DNA from: Myxococcota bacterium
GTDB lineage: Bacteria > Myxococcota_A > UBA9160 > UBA6930
NCBI GenBank assembly: GCA_028277885.1
Contig: JANQFK010000062.1
Location: forward strand, 16,685-80,684
Reading direction: 5' to 3'
DNA length: 64,000 nucleotides
Shown here: positions 21,453-30,309 of the stretch, piece after piece
How positions within the stretch are numbered: the stretch's first letter is position 1
Layout: every line of letters begins with the position of its first letter
Made by a program: the position numbers and the translations under genes
The notes under the pieces: model-generated
What the model was told of the DNA's origin: nothing
What the model saw: the letters and a program-made list of their open reading frames with translations, nothing else
Databases searched by the model: none

Positions 21453-22658
21453 CTACGGCGCCAGGGGGATCGGGACCGAGACCGCCAGCGGTCGGTAGAT
21501 CCGCATGTCCTCGAGGAGCCGCCGCGGGAAGCCGAGGGGGCCGGGCTCGGCCGGGACCACGTTGCAGACGTAGGTGAGCAGGGCCCTTCCGGGTCGGGAG
21601 AACTGCTCGTGGGCCTTGGCGGCGTAGCAGAAGGTTCCGTCGGCGGGTCCCGCTCGCCGGGGGGCGAGCTCCGGGAACCGGAACAGCACCTCGGGCTCGG
21701 ACCACGGGCCGGCCAGGTCGCGGGCGCTGCGCACGAGCACGCGGTCCGAGGGCCCCTCGGCTCCGGGCTCGAAGGTCGGGTGGCCGTAGACGGCGAGCCA
21801 GCGCCCGAGCCGGGGGTCGTGGTGGACGCTCATCTCGGAGGCGGAGTCGTCCATCAGGATCCGCAGGTCGTCCGCCCCCAGGCCGGGCCTCCAGCGCCCG
21901 TCGGCAGCCAGGTACTCCACGTCGCCGGTGAGGTCGCGGCCCGGCCCGTCGAGGCTCGGGAGGGCGAGGCGCGCCAGGCCCCGGGGATGGCTCACGCCGC
22001 CGCGGTCCAGGAAGGTGAACAGGTAGAGGTGGCCCCCGTGGACCACCAGGCTGCTCGCCGGGAGGACGGCCCCGCTGCTCGACAGCCGACGCATCTCGAT
22101 CTCCCAGTCCGGTGGGGGCGCGCCCGGGTTCGCGACGCGGGCGAGGCGCACGCCGTCGAAGCGGAAGGGCAGGCCGAGGGGGCCGCGGGGCGGGCTGCTC
22201 CGCACCTCGAGGAGCGCGACGTGGAGGGCTCCGCGCACGAAGCCGTCGAAGGGCCAGAGCCAGGTGTCCGGCTCGTCGCTCGCGAAGAGGGCGGCGGGCG
22301 CGCCGTCGTCGCCCGTGCCCCAGTGGTACGCCAGCTCGAAGCGGCCGCTCGGGCCGCACTCGGAGATCGCGACCGAGTTGTGGACGAAGCGGGCCCCGCG
22401 CCGGTCGCCGTCGCCCGCGCTCCCGACGAAGGTGTCGCCGAAGAGCCAGAGGCTGCGGCGACCGGCCAGCGGGACCGAGTAGGCCGCGTCTCCTCCGAGC
22501 CAGCCCTGGGCGTAGGGGAAGGCCGGGACGCACCCGGCCGAGCGTCCGTGGACGGCGTCGGCATGGGGAGCGCGCAGCCCCGGCGCGCTGCAGGCGGCGG
22601 CGACGACCCAGAGCAGGACCCCGGGCAGGGGCCGGAGGCGAGGGCGCGGGCGGGGCAC
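21453..22658 (-). CDS. Secreted DUF4185/DUF5005-like protein (putative beta-propeller)
   Basis: WLGGDAAYSVPL..LWLFGDTF, HNSVAI, GPWSEP, YAAKAH. Confidence 0.65.
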   Translation of the reverse strand: MPRPRPRLRPLPGVLLWVVAAACSAPGLRAPHADAVHGRSAGCVPAFPYAQGWLGGDAAYSVPLAGRRSLWLFGDTFVGSAGDGDRRGARFVHNSVAISECGPSGRFELAYHWGTGDDGAPAALFASDEPDTWLWPFDGFVRGALHVALLEVRSSPPRGPLGLPFRFDGVRLARVANPGAPPPDWEIEMRRLSSSGAVLPASSLVVHGGHLYLFTFLDRGGVSHPRGLARLALPSLDGPGRDLTGDVEYLAADGRWRPGLGADDLRILMDDSASEMSVHHDPRLGRWLAVYGHPTFEPGAEGPSDRVLVRSARDLAGPWSEPEVLFRFPELAPRRAGPADGTFCYAAKAHEQFSRPGRALLTYVCNVVPAEPGPLGFPRRLLEDMRIYRPLAVSVPIPLAP

Positions 22659-22709
22659 GGCGGCGCGAGGGTAGACGGGGTGGGCGGTCCGGGGCTAGCT
22701 TGCGCCGCC

Positions 22710-23690
22710 GTGCGAGCCGTCCTCATCGACCAGCCCGGCGACGAGAGCGTCATGAAGGTGGGCGAGGCGCCGGAGCCGGAGCTCGGCCCCGGCGACCTGC
22801 GCATCCGCGTCGCCGCGGCCGGTGTGAACCGGGCCGACCTGCTCCAGCGCCAGGGCCTCTACCCGCCGCCGCCGGGCGCGTCGCCCCTGCTGGGCCTCGA
22901 GTGTGCGGGCGAGGTCGTCGAGGTGGGGAGCGCGGTGTCGGGCTGGCGCCCGGGCGAGCGCGCCATGGCGCTGCTGGCCGGCGGCGGCTACGCGGAGCAG
23001 GTGGTGGTGGACGCCGGCAGCGCGCTGCGGGTGCCCGAAGCCCTCTCCTTCGAGCAGGCCGCGGCGGTGCCCGAGGTGTTCCTCACCGTCTTCCTGAACG
23101 TCTTCCAGCTGGCGGCGCTGCCCGACGGCGGCGGCCTGCTGGTCCATGGCGGGGGCAGCGGCATCGGGACCGCCGCCATCCAGCTCGCGAAGGCGGCGTC
23201 GGCCCGGGTGATCGTCACCGCCGGCTCGGCGGAGAAGTGCGAGCGCTGCCTCGCCCTCGGCGCCGACGTGGCGGTGAACTACCGCGACGAGGACTTCCTC
23301 GAGGCGGTGAAGAAGGCGACCGACGGGCGCGGCGTGGACGTGGTGCTCGACTCGATCGGCGCCCCCTATCTCGAGGCGAACCTGAAGTCCCTCGCCGTGG
23401 GCGGGCGGCTCGTGCTGATCGGCCTGATGGGCGGCGCCAAGGCCGAGATCGGCCTCGGCCTGCTGCTCGCGAAGCGGCTCTCGGTGATCGGCTCGACGCT
23501 GCGGGCCCGGCCCGCGGAGGAGAAGGCCGCCATCGTGCGCGGCTTCGAGGAGCGCTTCGCGGCCCACCTCGCCGACGGTCGGATCGCACCGGTGGTCGAC
23601 CGCGTCGTGCCCCTCGACGCCGCGGGCGACGCCCACCGCGCCATGAAGGCGAGCGAGCACTTCGGCAAGATCGTGCTGCGAGTCTCCTGA
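22710..23690 (+). CDS. NAD(P)H-quinone oxidoreductase, PIG3 family
   Basis: GVNRADLLQRQGLYPPPPGAS, VHGGGSGIGT, IGSTLRAR, HFGKIVL. Confidence 0.92.
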   Translation: MRAVLIDQPGDESVMKVGEAPEPELGPGDLRIRVAAAGVNRADLLQRQGLYPPPPGASPLLGLECAGEVVEVGSAVSGWRPGERAMALLAGGGYAEQVVVDAGSALRVPEALSFEQAAAVPEVFLTVFLNVFQLAALPDGGGLLVHGGGSGIGTAAIQLAKAASARVIVTAGSAEKCERCLALGADVAVNYRDEDFLEAVKKATDGRGVDVVLDSIGAPYLEANLKSLAVGGRLVLIGLMGGAKAEIGLGLLLAKRLSVIGSTLRARPAEEKAAIVRGFEERFAAHLADGRIAPVVDRVVPLDAAGDAHRAMKASEHFGKIVLRVS

Positions 23691-23734
23691 GGGTCGGCTA
23701 GTCTCCGCCGCCACCCGAGACGGAGGAGCCCGCC

Positions 23735-24178
23735 ATGGCGGTCCAGCGCACGCTCTGCATCGTGAAGCCCGACGCCGTCGAGAAGAACGTGGTGGGAGAG
23801 ATCCTGCGCCGCGTCGAGACCGACGGGCTCGAGATCCTCGCCCTCAAGATGACCCGCCTCACCGACCAGCAGGCCCAGGGCTTCTACGCCGTCCACAGGG
23901 AGCGGCCCTTCTTCAAGGACCTGGTCGCCTTCATGACCTCGGGCCCCATCGCGCTGGCCGTGCTCGAGGGCGACGACGCCATCGCGCGCTGGCGCAACCT
24001 GATGGGCCCGACCAACTCGAGCGAGGCGCCCGCCGGCACGATCCGCGGAGACCTCGGCACCGACATCGAGCGCAACGCGGTGCACGGCTCCGACGCGCCG
24101 GAGACGGCGGCGGTCGAGATCCCGTACTTCTTCAACGCGACGGAGATCACGGCGCCCGTGGAGGCGCTGGCGGGCTGA
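23735..24178 (+). CDS. ndk: Nucleoside-diphosphate kinase
   Basis: [35 protein letters not shown]. Confidence 0.97.
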   Translation: MAVQRTLCIVKPDAVEKNVVGEILRRVETDGLEILALKMTRLTDQQAQGFYAVHRERPFFKDLVAFMTSGPIALAVLEGDDAIARWRNLMGPTNSSEAPAGTIRGDLGTDIERNAVHGSDAPETAAVEIPYFFNATEITAPVEALAG

Positions 24179-24216
24179 GGCGCGGAGCGGCGCCGGCGGG
24201 CGGCGCGGAGCCTGGA

Positions 24217-24309
24217 TCAGGCGTAGGCGCGGGCCATCAGGAAGAGCAGGCCCACGTACAGGACCGTCAGCCAGACGGTCTGGCTCTTCAGCGCTCGGGT
24301 CACGCGCAT
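24217..24309 (-). CDS. Small putative membrane peptide, 30 aa (MRVTRALKSQTVWLTVLYVGLLFLMARAYA)
   Basis: ATG preceded by GGAGGCTCCGGAGG; GC3-rich codons; one hydrophobic helix. Confidence 0.55.
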   Translation of the reverse strand: MRVTRALKSQTVWLTVLYVGLLFLMARAYA

Positions 24310-24411
24310 CCTCCGGAGCCTCCGCGGCCCGGGCCGGGCACGGCGGCATGCTCTCTGTTTCGAACGAACCCCCCAGGACTTGAGGGGTTAGCACTTCGGT
24401 CCCTCGGGGTT

Positions 24412-24427
24412 CGTGACGGAGATCACG
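24412..24427. promoter_or_regulatory. CRP/FNR-family-like box CGTGA-N6-TCACG
   Basis: Palindromic GTGA-6nt-TCAC about 100 nt upstream of the small ORF. Confidence 0.35.
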
Positions 24428-24437
24428 CTTCCTCGGC

Positions 24438-24473
24438 GTGTGCCGCCCACCCCCGGTGTGCCGCCCACCCCCG
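24438..24473. repeat. 18-bp perfect tandem duplication GTGTGCCGCCCACCCCCG x2
   Basis: Read directly; followed by hairpin CCCGGAGT-GGG-ACTCCGGG. Confidence 0.85.
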
Positions 24474-24488
24474 GAGTGGGACTCCGGG

Positions 24489-25298
24489 TCAGCCCTCGAA
24501 GTTCGGGCTGCGCTTCTCGCGGGCGGCGGCGAGCCCCTCGGCGAGGTCGTCGCTCTCGTAGCAGAGCGACTGCTGCTCGGCCTCGAAGCCGAGCTGGTCC
24601 CCGAGATCGGCGTGGAGGGAGCGCGCCAGGGCCTGCCGGGCCCCGCGCACCGCCAGGGGGGCGGCGGCGGCGATCTGCTCGGCGAGGTCGAGGGCGTGGG
24701 GCAGCACGCGCTCGCGGTCCACGGCCTGGTTCACCAGGCCCATGGCCGCGGCCTCCTCGCCCTCGACCACGCGTCCGGTGAGCAGCAGGTCGGCGGCCCG
24801 GGCCGGCCCGACCAGCCGCGGCAGGGTCCAGGTCGCCCCCATGCCGGGGTGGATGCCCAGGCGGGTGAAGTTGAGGCCGAGCTTGGCGTCCCGCGCCGCG
24901 ACGCGCAGGTCGCAGGCAAGGGCGACGCAGAGCCCCGCCCCGATGGCGGCGCCGTTCAGCGCGGCGACGCTCGGGCAGGGCAGGTCGCGGACCGCCAGGT
25001 AGAGGCGGTAGAAGCCCTCCATGAAGCCGCGGTTGCGCTCCCGCACCGCGCCGCCGGGGCTCTCCCGACCCTCCCGGGCCAGCTTCTCGATCATCGCGAG
25101 GTCGCCGCCCGCGGAGAACGCCCGCCCGGCCCCCGTGAGCACCACGGCCCGCACGCCGGCGGCCCCCGACAGCTCCCCGACCTTGGCCGACAGGGCCCGC
25201 CCCATCGCCTCGGTCATCGCGTTCAGCCGCTCCGGATCGTTGAACCGAAGCACCACGACCCGCCCCCGCCGCTCCTCCTGGATCAGCTCCTCCGCCAT
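24489..25298 (-). CDS. Enoyl-CoA hydratase/isomerase family protein
   Basis: FSAGGDL, ALNGAAIGAG, LGIHPGMG, AREKRSPNF. Confidence 0.9.
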   Translation of the reverse strand: MAEELIQEERRGRVVVLRFNDPERLNAMTEAMGRALSAKVGELSGAAGVRAVVLTGAGRAFSAGGDLAMIEKLAREGRESPGGAVRERNRGFMEGFYRLYLAVRDLPCPSVAALNGAAIGAGLCVALACDLRVAARDAKLGLNFTRLGIHPGMGATWTLPRLVGPARAADLLLTGRVVEGEEAAAMGLVNQAVDRERVLPHALDLAEQIAAAAPLAVRGARQALARSLHADLGDQLGFEAEQQSLCYESDDLAEGLAAAREKRSPNFEG

Positions 25299-25505
25299 GC
25301 CCGCCACCGTCGCCGAGCCTGGGCGTTCGAGCAACCCCTGCCCGTGCGGGCAGCGGAGTCCGGTCGGCGGCGGACGCGCACTGGAAGGAGGCTCGCAGCA
25401 GTCGCCCCGAAGCACCGAGACGGCGAGACCCCGCGCCTGGCCGCGCGGAGAGCGCGGCCGAGCGCGCCGCAGGCGCGCGATCGCTCCCAGCCCGCGCCGC
25501 CTCCG

Positions 25506-25560
25506 GACGCAAGCCGGCCCTAGGCCGGCGCGCAGCGGCGCGCGAACCGCGCCGCGAAGT
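25506..25560 (+). repeat. Structured REP-like motif GACGCAAGC-hairpin-GCGCGCAGC-hairpin-GCGAAGT, copy 2
   Basis: Same scaffold as 20900-20960. Confidence 0.6.
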
Positions 25561-25576
25561 ACACAAGGCCCGACCT

Positions 25577-25616
25577 CCGGGAAGGGCTCCGCCCAGAGGG
25601 GCGGAACCCTTCCCGG
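25577..25616 (-). terminator. 18-bp stem-loop immediately after the ftsZ stop (terminator or 3' stabiliser)
   Basis: CCGGGAAGGGCTCCGCCC-AGAG-GGGCGGAACCCTTCCCGG; the single mismatch becomes G.U on the minus strand; no clear U-tract. Confidence 0.6.
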
Positions 25617-25619
25617 CTT

Positions 25620-27026
25620 TCAGTCGGCGCTGCGGCGGAGGAAGGCGGGAGTGGTCTCGGTGTCGTCTTCTTCCGCTTCGCGGCTGCGGCGGCGCATGAA
25701 GGCCGGGACGTCGAGCTCGTCCTCCTCGAAGGGCGAGACGATCTCGGTGTGGCGCGCCCCCTCCTCGGGGCCCGCCACGATCGGCTCTGGCTCCGGGGCG
25801 GGAGACGGAGCGAGCCCGGCGTGCTCGATGGCGACCGGCACGGGCTCGGGGACCGGGTCGGGCTCCGGGCGCAGCTGCCAGACGTTGGGTGCCGGCCCGG
25901 GGCGCGGCGCGGCGTCGCCGCGGGGCATGGCTTCGCCGCGGCGGGGCTGGCGATCCCGTCCGTCGTCGAGGCCCGTGGCGATCACGGTCACCCGCAGCTC
26001 GCCCTCGGGTACCTGGTCGTCGATCACCGCGCCGAAGATGATGTTGGCATCCTCGTGGGCGGCCTCCTGCACCAGCGTCGAGGCCTCGTTGACCTCGAAC
26101 AGGGTCATGTCCGGACCGCCGGTGATGTTGATGAGCACGCCCCGGGCGCCGTCGATGGAGACGTCCTCGAGGAGCGGGCTCGAGATCGCCGCGTGGGCGG
26201 CGTCGCTCGCGCGGGCCTCGCCCGTCGCCACGCCGGTGCCCATCAGCGCCATGCCCATCTCGTTCATGATCGTGCGCACGTCGGCGAAGTCGAGGTTGAT
26301 GAGGCCGTGCACCGTGATCAGGTCCGAGATGCCCCGGACCGCGTTGAAGAGCACGTCGTCGGCCAGCTTGAAGGCGTCGGTGATCGCCTTGTCCTTGCCC
26401 GCCAGCGCCAGCAGCCGGTTGTTGGGGATCGTGATGAGCGTGTCCACCACGCGGTGGAGCTCGTCCATGCCGTGCTCGGCGTGGCGCGCCCGCACGCGAC
26501 CCTCGAACCCGAAGGGCTTGGTCACCACCGCGACGGTGAGGGCCCCCACCTCGCGGGCCGCCTCGGCGATCACCGGCGCGGCGCCGGTGCCCGTGCCGCC
26601 GCCGAGGCCGCAGGTGACGAACACCATGTCCGAGCCGGCCAGCAGGTCGCGCAGCCGCTCGCGGTCCTCGAGGGCCGCCGCCCGACCGCGGTCGGGGTTG
26701 GCGCCGCAGCCGAGGCCGCGGGTCAGGCCCGTGCCGAGCTGGACCTTCTGCGGTGCGAGGTTGTGCTCGAGTGCCTGGGCGTCCGTGTTGATCGACACGA
26801 ACTCCACGCCCCCCAGACCCTCGCGGATCATGGTGTTGAGGACGTTGCCGCCGCCGCCGCCCACGCCGATCACCTTGATCTTGGCCTGGAGCGGTCCGCC
26901 CTCGTCGAACTCGAGCAGATCGCCCGTGTCCTCGGGCCCGACCTCGAGCAGGTCGATCTCGTCCTGCTTCGAGCCCCGATTTCGCTGCCGCCGCGCGTCG
27001 CGCGGATCCGTCTTCCTGGACGCCAT
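25620..27026 (-). CDS. ftsZ: Cell division protein FtsZ
   Basis: [41 protein letters not shown]. Confidence 0.98.
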   Translation of the reverse strand: MASRKTDPRDARRQRNRGSKQDEIDLLEVGPEDTGDLLEFDEGGPLQAKIKVIGVGGGGGNVLNTMIREGLGGVEFVSINTDAQALEHNLAPQKVQLGTGLTRGLGCGANPDRGRAAALEDRERLRDLLAGSDMVFVTCGLGGGTGTGAAPVIAEAAREVGALTVAVVTKPFGFEGRVRARHAEHGMDELHRVVDTLITIPNNRLLALAGKDKAITDAFKLADDVLFNAVRGISDLITVHGLINLDFADVRTIMNEMGMALMGTGVATGEARASDAAHAAISSPLLEDVSIDGARGVLINITGGPDMTLFEVNEASTLVQEAAHEDANIIFGAVIDDQVPEGELRVTVIATGLDDGRDRQPRRGEAMPRGDAAPRPGPAPNVWQLRPEPDPVPEPVPVAIEHAGLAPSPAPEPEPIVAGPEEGARHTEIVSPFEEDELDVPAFMRRRSREAEEDDTETTPAFLRRSAD

Positions 27027-27215
27027 GCCTCACCCCCCGGTGTGCTCGCCCGACCCCGCGGGATCCTAACAGGTTTCGTCAGGATCCGCGCGGGCTTGGC
27101 ATCATTTTCTGCGAGTCCGGCGGCCCCCCGCCGCCGGCCCCCGGCCGGCCCGCGCCGGCCGCTGGCGCGGGCCCCGGGTCGCCCCCCGTCCGCGGGCGGC
27201 CCGGGGCCGCGCCGC

Positions 27216-28457
27216 TCAGTCCAGCTCGCCGTAGAACCAGTCGCGCATGCGCTGCTTCACCCGCCGGAAGATCGAGTCGTCCCGGATCCGGAAGCGGCTC
27301 GCCGCGTGGCGCCCGCGGCCCTGGCTCGCGCCGTAGAGCACGAGGCCGACACCCGTCGCGTACATGGGGCTGCGCACCACGTCCTGCAGCCCGCCCACGT
27401 GGGCCGGGATGCCGCGGCGCACCGGGGCCTCGAAGATCTCCTCGCAGAGCTCCGCGATCCCGTCCAGCGCCGAGCAGCCGCCGGTCAGCACCACGCCGGA
27501 GGGGATCCGGTCCTCGAGGCCCGCCTTCACCAGCTCCTGGCGGGCGAGGGAGAGCACCTCGTCCACCCGCGGCTCCACCACCTCGCACAGGATCTTGCGC
27601 GAGACCTCCCGGGGCCGCCGGCCGCCCACGCTCGGCACCGTGATGACGTCGTCGCTGCCGAGGAAGCGCGCCGACGCCGCGCCGAAGCGCTTCTTGATGC
27701 GCTCCGCCTCGTCGAAGGGCGTGCGCAGCCCCACCGCGATGTCGTTGGTCAGGTGGTAGCCGCCCAGGCCCAGCACCGAGGTGTTCTTGATCGAGCCGTC
27801 GGCGAACACCGCGATGTCGGTGGTGCCGCCGCCGATGTCGATCAGGCACACGCCCAGGTCGCGCTCGTCGTCGGCCAGCACCGCCTCGGCCGAGGCCAGG
27901 GGCTCCAGCACGATGTCCACCACGTTGAGGCCCGCCTTGTTGGCGCACTTCACGATGTTCTGGGCGCTGGTGACCGCCGCCGTCACGATGTGGATCTTCG
28001 CCTCGAGGCGGACCCCGCTCATGCCCAGGGGCTCGCGGATCCCGTCCTGGTCGTCGATCACGTACTCCTGGGGGATCACGTGGATGACCTCGCGGTCCAT
28101 CGGGATCGCCACCGCCTTGGCGGCGTCGATCACCCGGCGCACGTCGTTCTCCGAGACCTCGCGGTCCTTCACCGCCACGATGCCGTGGGAGTTGAAGCCG
28201 TTGATGTGGCCGCCCGCGATGCCGGCGTACACCGAGCTGATCTCGCAGTCGGCCATCAGCTCCGCCTCTTCCACGGCGCGCTTGATGGACTCGACGGTGG
28301 AGTCGATGTCCACCACCACGCCCTTGCGCAGCCCCCGCGACGGATGGGTACCGATTCCCACCACGTCCACCCCGTTCTCGGTCCGCTCTGCGACGATGGC
28401 GCAGATCTTCGTGGTGCCGATGTCGAGACCGACGATCAGCTCGTCCTTGCGTGACAT
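27216..28457 (-). CDS. ftsA: Cell division protein FtsA
   Basis: IVGLDIGTTKI, DIGGGTTD, VVLTGG, YATGVGL. Confidence 0.97.
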   Translation of the reverse strand: MSRKDELIVGLDIGTTKICAIVAERTENGVDVVGIGTHPSRGLRKGVVVDIDSTVESIKRAVEEAELMADCEISSVYAGIAGGHINGFNSHGIVAVKDREVSENDVRRVIDAAKAVAIPMDREVIHVIPQEYVIDDQDGIREPLGMSGVRLEAKIHIVTAAVTSAQNIVKCANKAGLNVVDIVLEPLASAEAVLADDERDLGVCLIDIGGGTTDIAVFADGSIKNTSVLGLGGYHLTNDIAVGLRTPFDEAERIKKRFGAASARFLGSDDVITVPSVGGRRPREVSRKILCEVVEPRVDEVLSLARQELVKAGLEDRIPSGVVLTGGCSALDGIAELCEEIFEAPVRRGIPAHVGGLQDVVRSPMYATGVGLVLYGASQGRGRHAASRFRIRDDSIFRRVKQRMRDWFYGELD

Positions 28458-28492
28458 GTCCTCACCCCCCTTTGGTGATCGGGCCCGCGGCG

Positions 28493-29395
28493 TCAGCCGG
28501 CGGGCCCGGCTCCGGACGCGGACGCGCCTCCGCGCGTCCCCGTCGCCGCGTCCCCCGTCCGGGACGCGTCGCTCCGGAGAACGGCTCGCTCTCCGAAGCG
28601 CAGATCGATCTCGGAGGCCTCGGCGACCTCCGGAAGGCCGGCGTCGAGCAGCCGGGCGAGACGGCCGAGCTTCGCCTCGAGCTCGCCGCCGCCGAGCCAC
28701 ACGCTGGCGTCGCTCCCCGCCAGGCGCAGCCGCGGCAGCTCGCGCAGGTCGCCGCCGCCGAGCTGCACCTCGCGCAGCCCGGCGATGCCGTGGTCGCGGG
28801 TGGCCCCGGCGATGCGGACCCCCTGGGCGAGCAGCGGGTGCGGCTCCGGGGCGTCGCCCTCCGGCGCGGCCAGGGCCTCGGCCTCGCCCCAGGCGATGCT
28901 CGGGTAGCTCCCGCCCGCGGCGGCGTCGGCCACGGGGGCGAAGGCCACGCCCTCGACGTCGATCCACCAGCGGCTCTCGCCGCGTCCGTCCGCCTCGCGG
29001 AAGACCGCGGTGGCGACGGGCTCGCGCTCGGTCACCGAGACCACGAGGCCGCCGGGCGGGAAGGCGGCCACCCGGGCCCGGGCGATCCAGGGGTGGGCCT
29101 CGATGCGCCGGGCCAGGTCCGCGGCGTCGACGTCGTCGAAGCGCGCCGCCGGCTCGAGGCCGGCGGCGGCCGCGACCTCGGCGGGCGTGAGGCGCCGGGC
29201 GCCCAGCACCGCCAGCTCGCGCACCCGGACGGCCTCGGGGTAGACGGCGCCCACCGCCAGGCCCGCGAGGCGCGGCCCGGCGCTGGCGCCGAGGCCGAGC
29301 GCACCGGCGAAGAGGAGCGCGCCGGCGAGATTCCGCCGGCGCCGCGCCCGCAGGCGCTGGCGCCGCCGGCGCCGGCTCTCGGGACGTCGCGTCAT
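28493..29395 (-). CDS. ftsQ: Cell division protein FtsQ/DivIB
   Basis: TM helix, POTRA (HPWIARARV..PGGLVVSVTEREP), EIDLRF; position in the dcw cluster. Confidence 0.88.
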   Translation of the reverse strand: MTRRPESRRRRRQRLRARRRRNLAGALLFAGALGLGASAGPRLAGLAVGAVYPEAVRVRELAVLGARRLTPAEVAAAAGLEPAARFDDVDAADLARRIEAHPWIARARVAAFPPGGLVVSVTEREPVATAVFREADGRGESRWWIDVEGVAFAPVADAAAGGSYPSIAWGEAEALAAPEGDAPEPHPLLAQGVRIAGATRDHGIAGLREVQLGGGDLRELPRLRLAGSDASVWLGGGELEAKLGRLARLLDAGLPEVAEASEIDLRFGERAVLRSDASRTGDAATGTRGGASASGAGPAG

Positions 29396-30309
29396 GCGGC
29401 CTCCCGGCCGAGGACCCGCACCTCGGTCTCGAGGTGGACCCGGCTGCGCCGCGCCACCTCGCCGCGGGCGCGCTCGATCAGCGCGAGCACGTCGGCCGCC
29501 GTGGCGTCGCCGCGGTTCACGATGAAGTTGGCGTGGACCTCCGAGATCTGGGCCCCGCCCACGCGCGCGCCCTTCAGCCCCGCCGCCTCGATGAGCCGCC
29601 CGGCGAAGTCGCCGCGCGGGTTCTTGAACACCGAGCCGCAGGAGGGCCGGTCGAGGGGCTGGCTGCCCGCGCGCTTCGCCAGGTGGCGGTCGATCTCGGC
29701 CTCCACCCGGTCGCGGCCGCCGGGGCGCACGGCGAGCAGGGCCGAGAGGATCACCGAGCCGGGCGCCAGCCCGCGCAGCGCGCGGTACTCGAAGCGCAGC
29801 CGGCGGCGCCCCAGGTGGCTGCGCCGGGCGCCCGTGGGACTCAGCACCTCGACCTCGCGCACCACGTCCTTGGCCTCGCGCTGGGGCACGCCCGCGTTCA
29901 TGGCGACCCAGCCGCCCACGGTGCCCGGGATGCCGGCGCCGAACTCGAGGCCCGCCAGCCCGCGCTCACGGCAGAAGCGCGTGAGGGTGGTGTGGGTGAC
30001 GCCGGCCTCGGCGCGCAGGAAGCCTCCCGGCCGCTCCTCGAGGCGGCGGAAGGCCGAGAGCCGGATTGCCACGCCGTCGAGGCCGCCGTCGCGCACGATG
30101 GTGTTGAAGCCGTTGCCGAGCACGGTGTGGGGGATGCGGCGGCGCGCGCAGGCGCGCAGCAGGGCCGCCAGCGCCCACCGGTCCGGCGGCGTGGCCACGG
30201 CGTCGGCGGGGCCGCCCACGCGCAGGGAGGTGAAGCGCGCCGTGGGCACGTCGAAGCGCAGGGCGTCGCCTGCCACCTCCGAGAGCGCGTTGCGGTCCGG
30301 GCCCGACAT
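29392..30309 (-). CDS. murB: UDP-N-acetylmuramate dehydrogenase
   Basis: TSLRVGGPA, GIPGTVGG..MNAG, SCGSVFKNP, HANFIVN. Confidence 0.96.
   Translation of the reverse strand: MSGPDRNALSEVAGDALRFDVPTARFTSLRVGGPADAVATPPDRWALAALLRACARRRIPHTVLGNGFNTIVRDGGLDGVAIRLSAFRRLEERPGGFLRAEAGVTHTTLTRFCRERGLAGLEFGAGIPGTVGGWVAMNAGVPQREAKDVVREVEVLSPTGARRSHLGRRRLRFEYRALRGLAPGSVILSALLAVRPGGRDRVEAEIDRHLAKRAGSQPLDRPSCGSVFKNPRGDFAGRLIEAAGLKGARVGGAQISEVHANFIVNRGDATAADVLALIERARGEVARRSRVHLETEVRVLGREAA

Noticed and set aside
20763..21577. ORFs 20763..20990, 20824..21321, 20915..21577 and 21141..21419
   Set aside because: They overlap the RNase P RNA and repeat region and have no protein-like features
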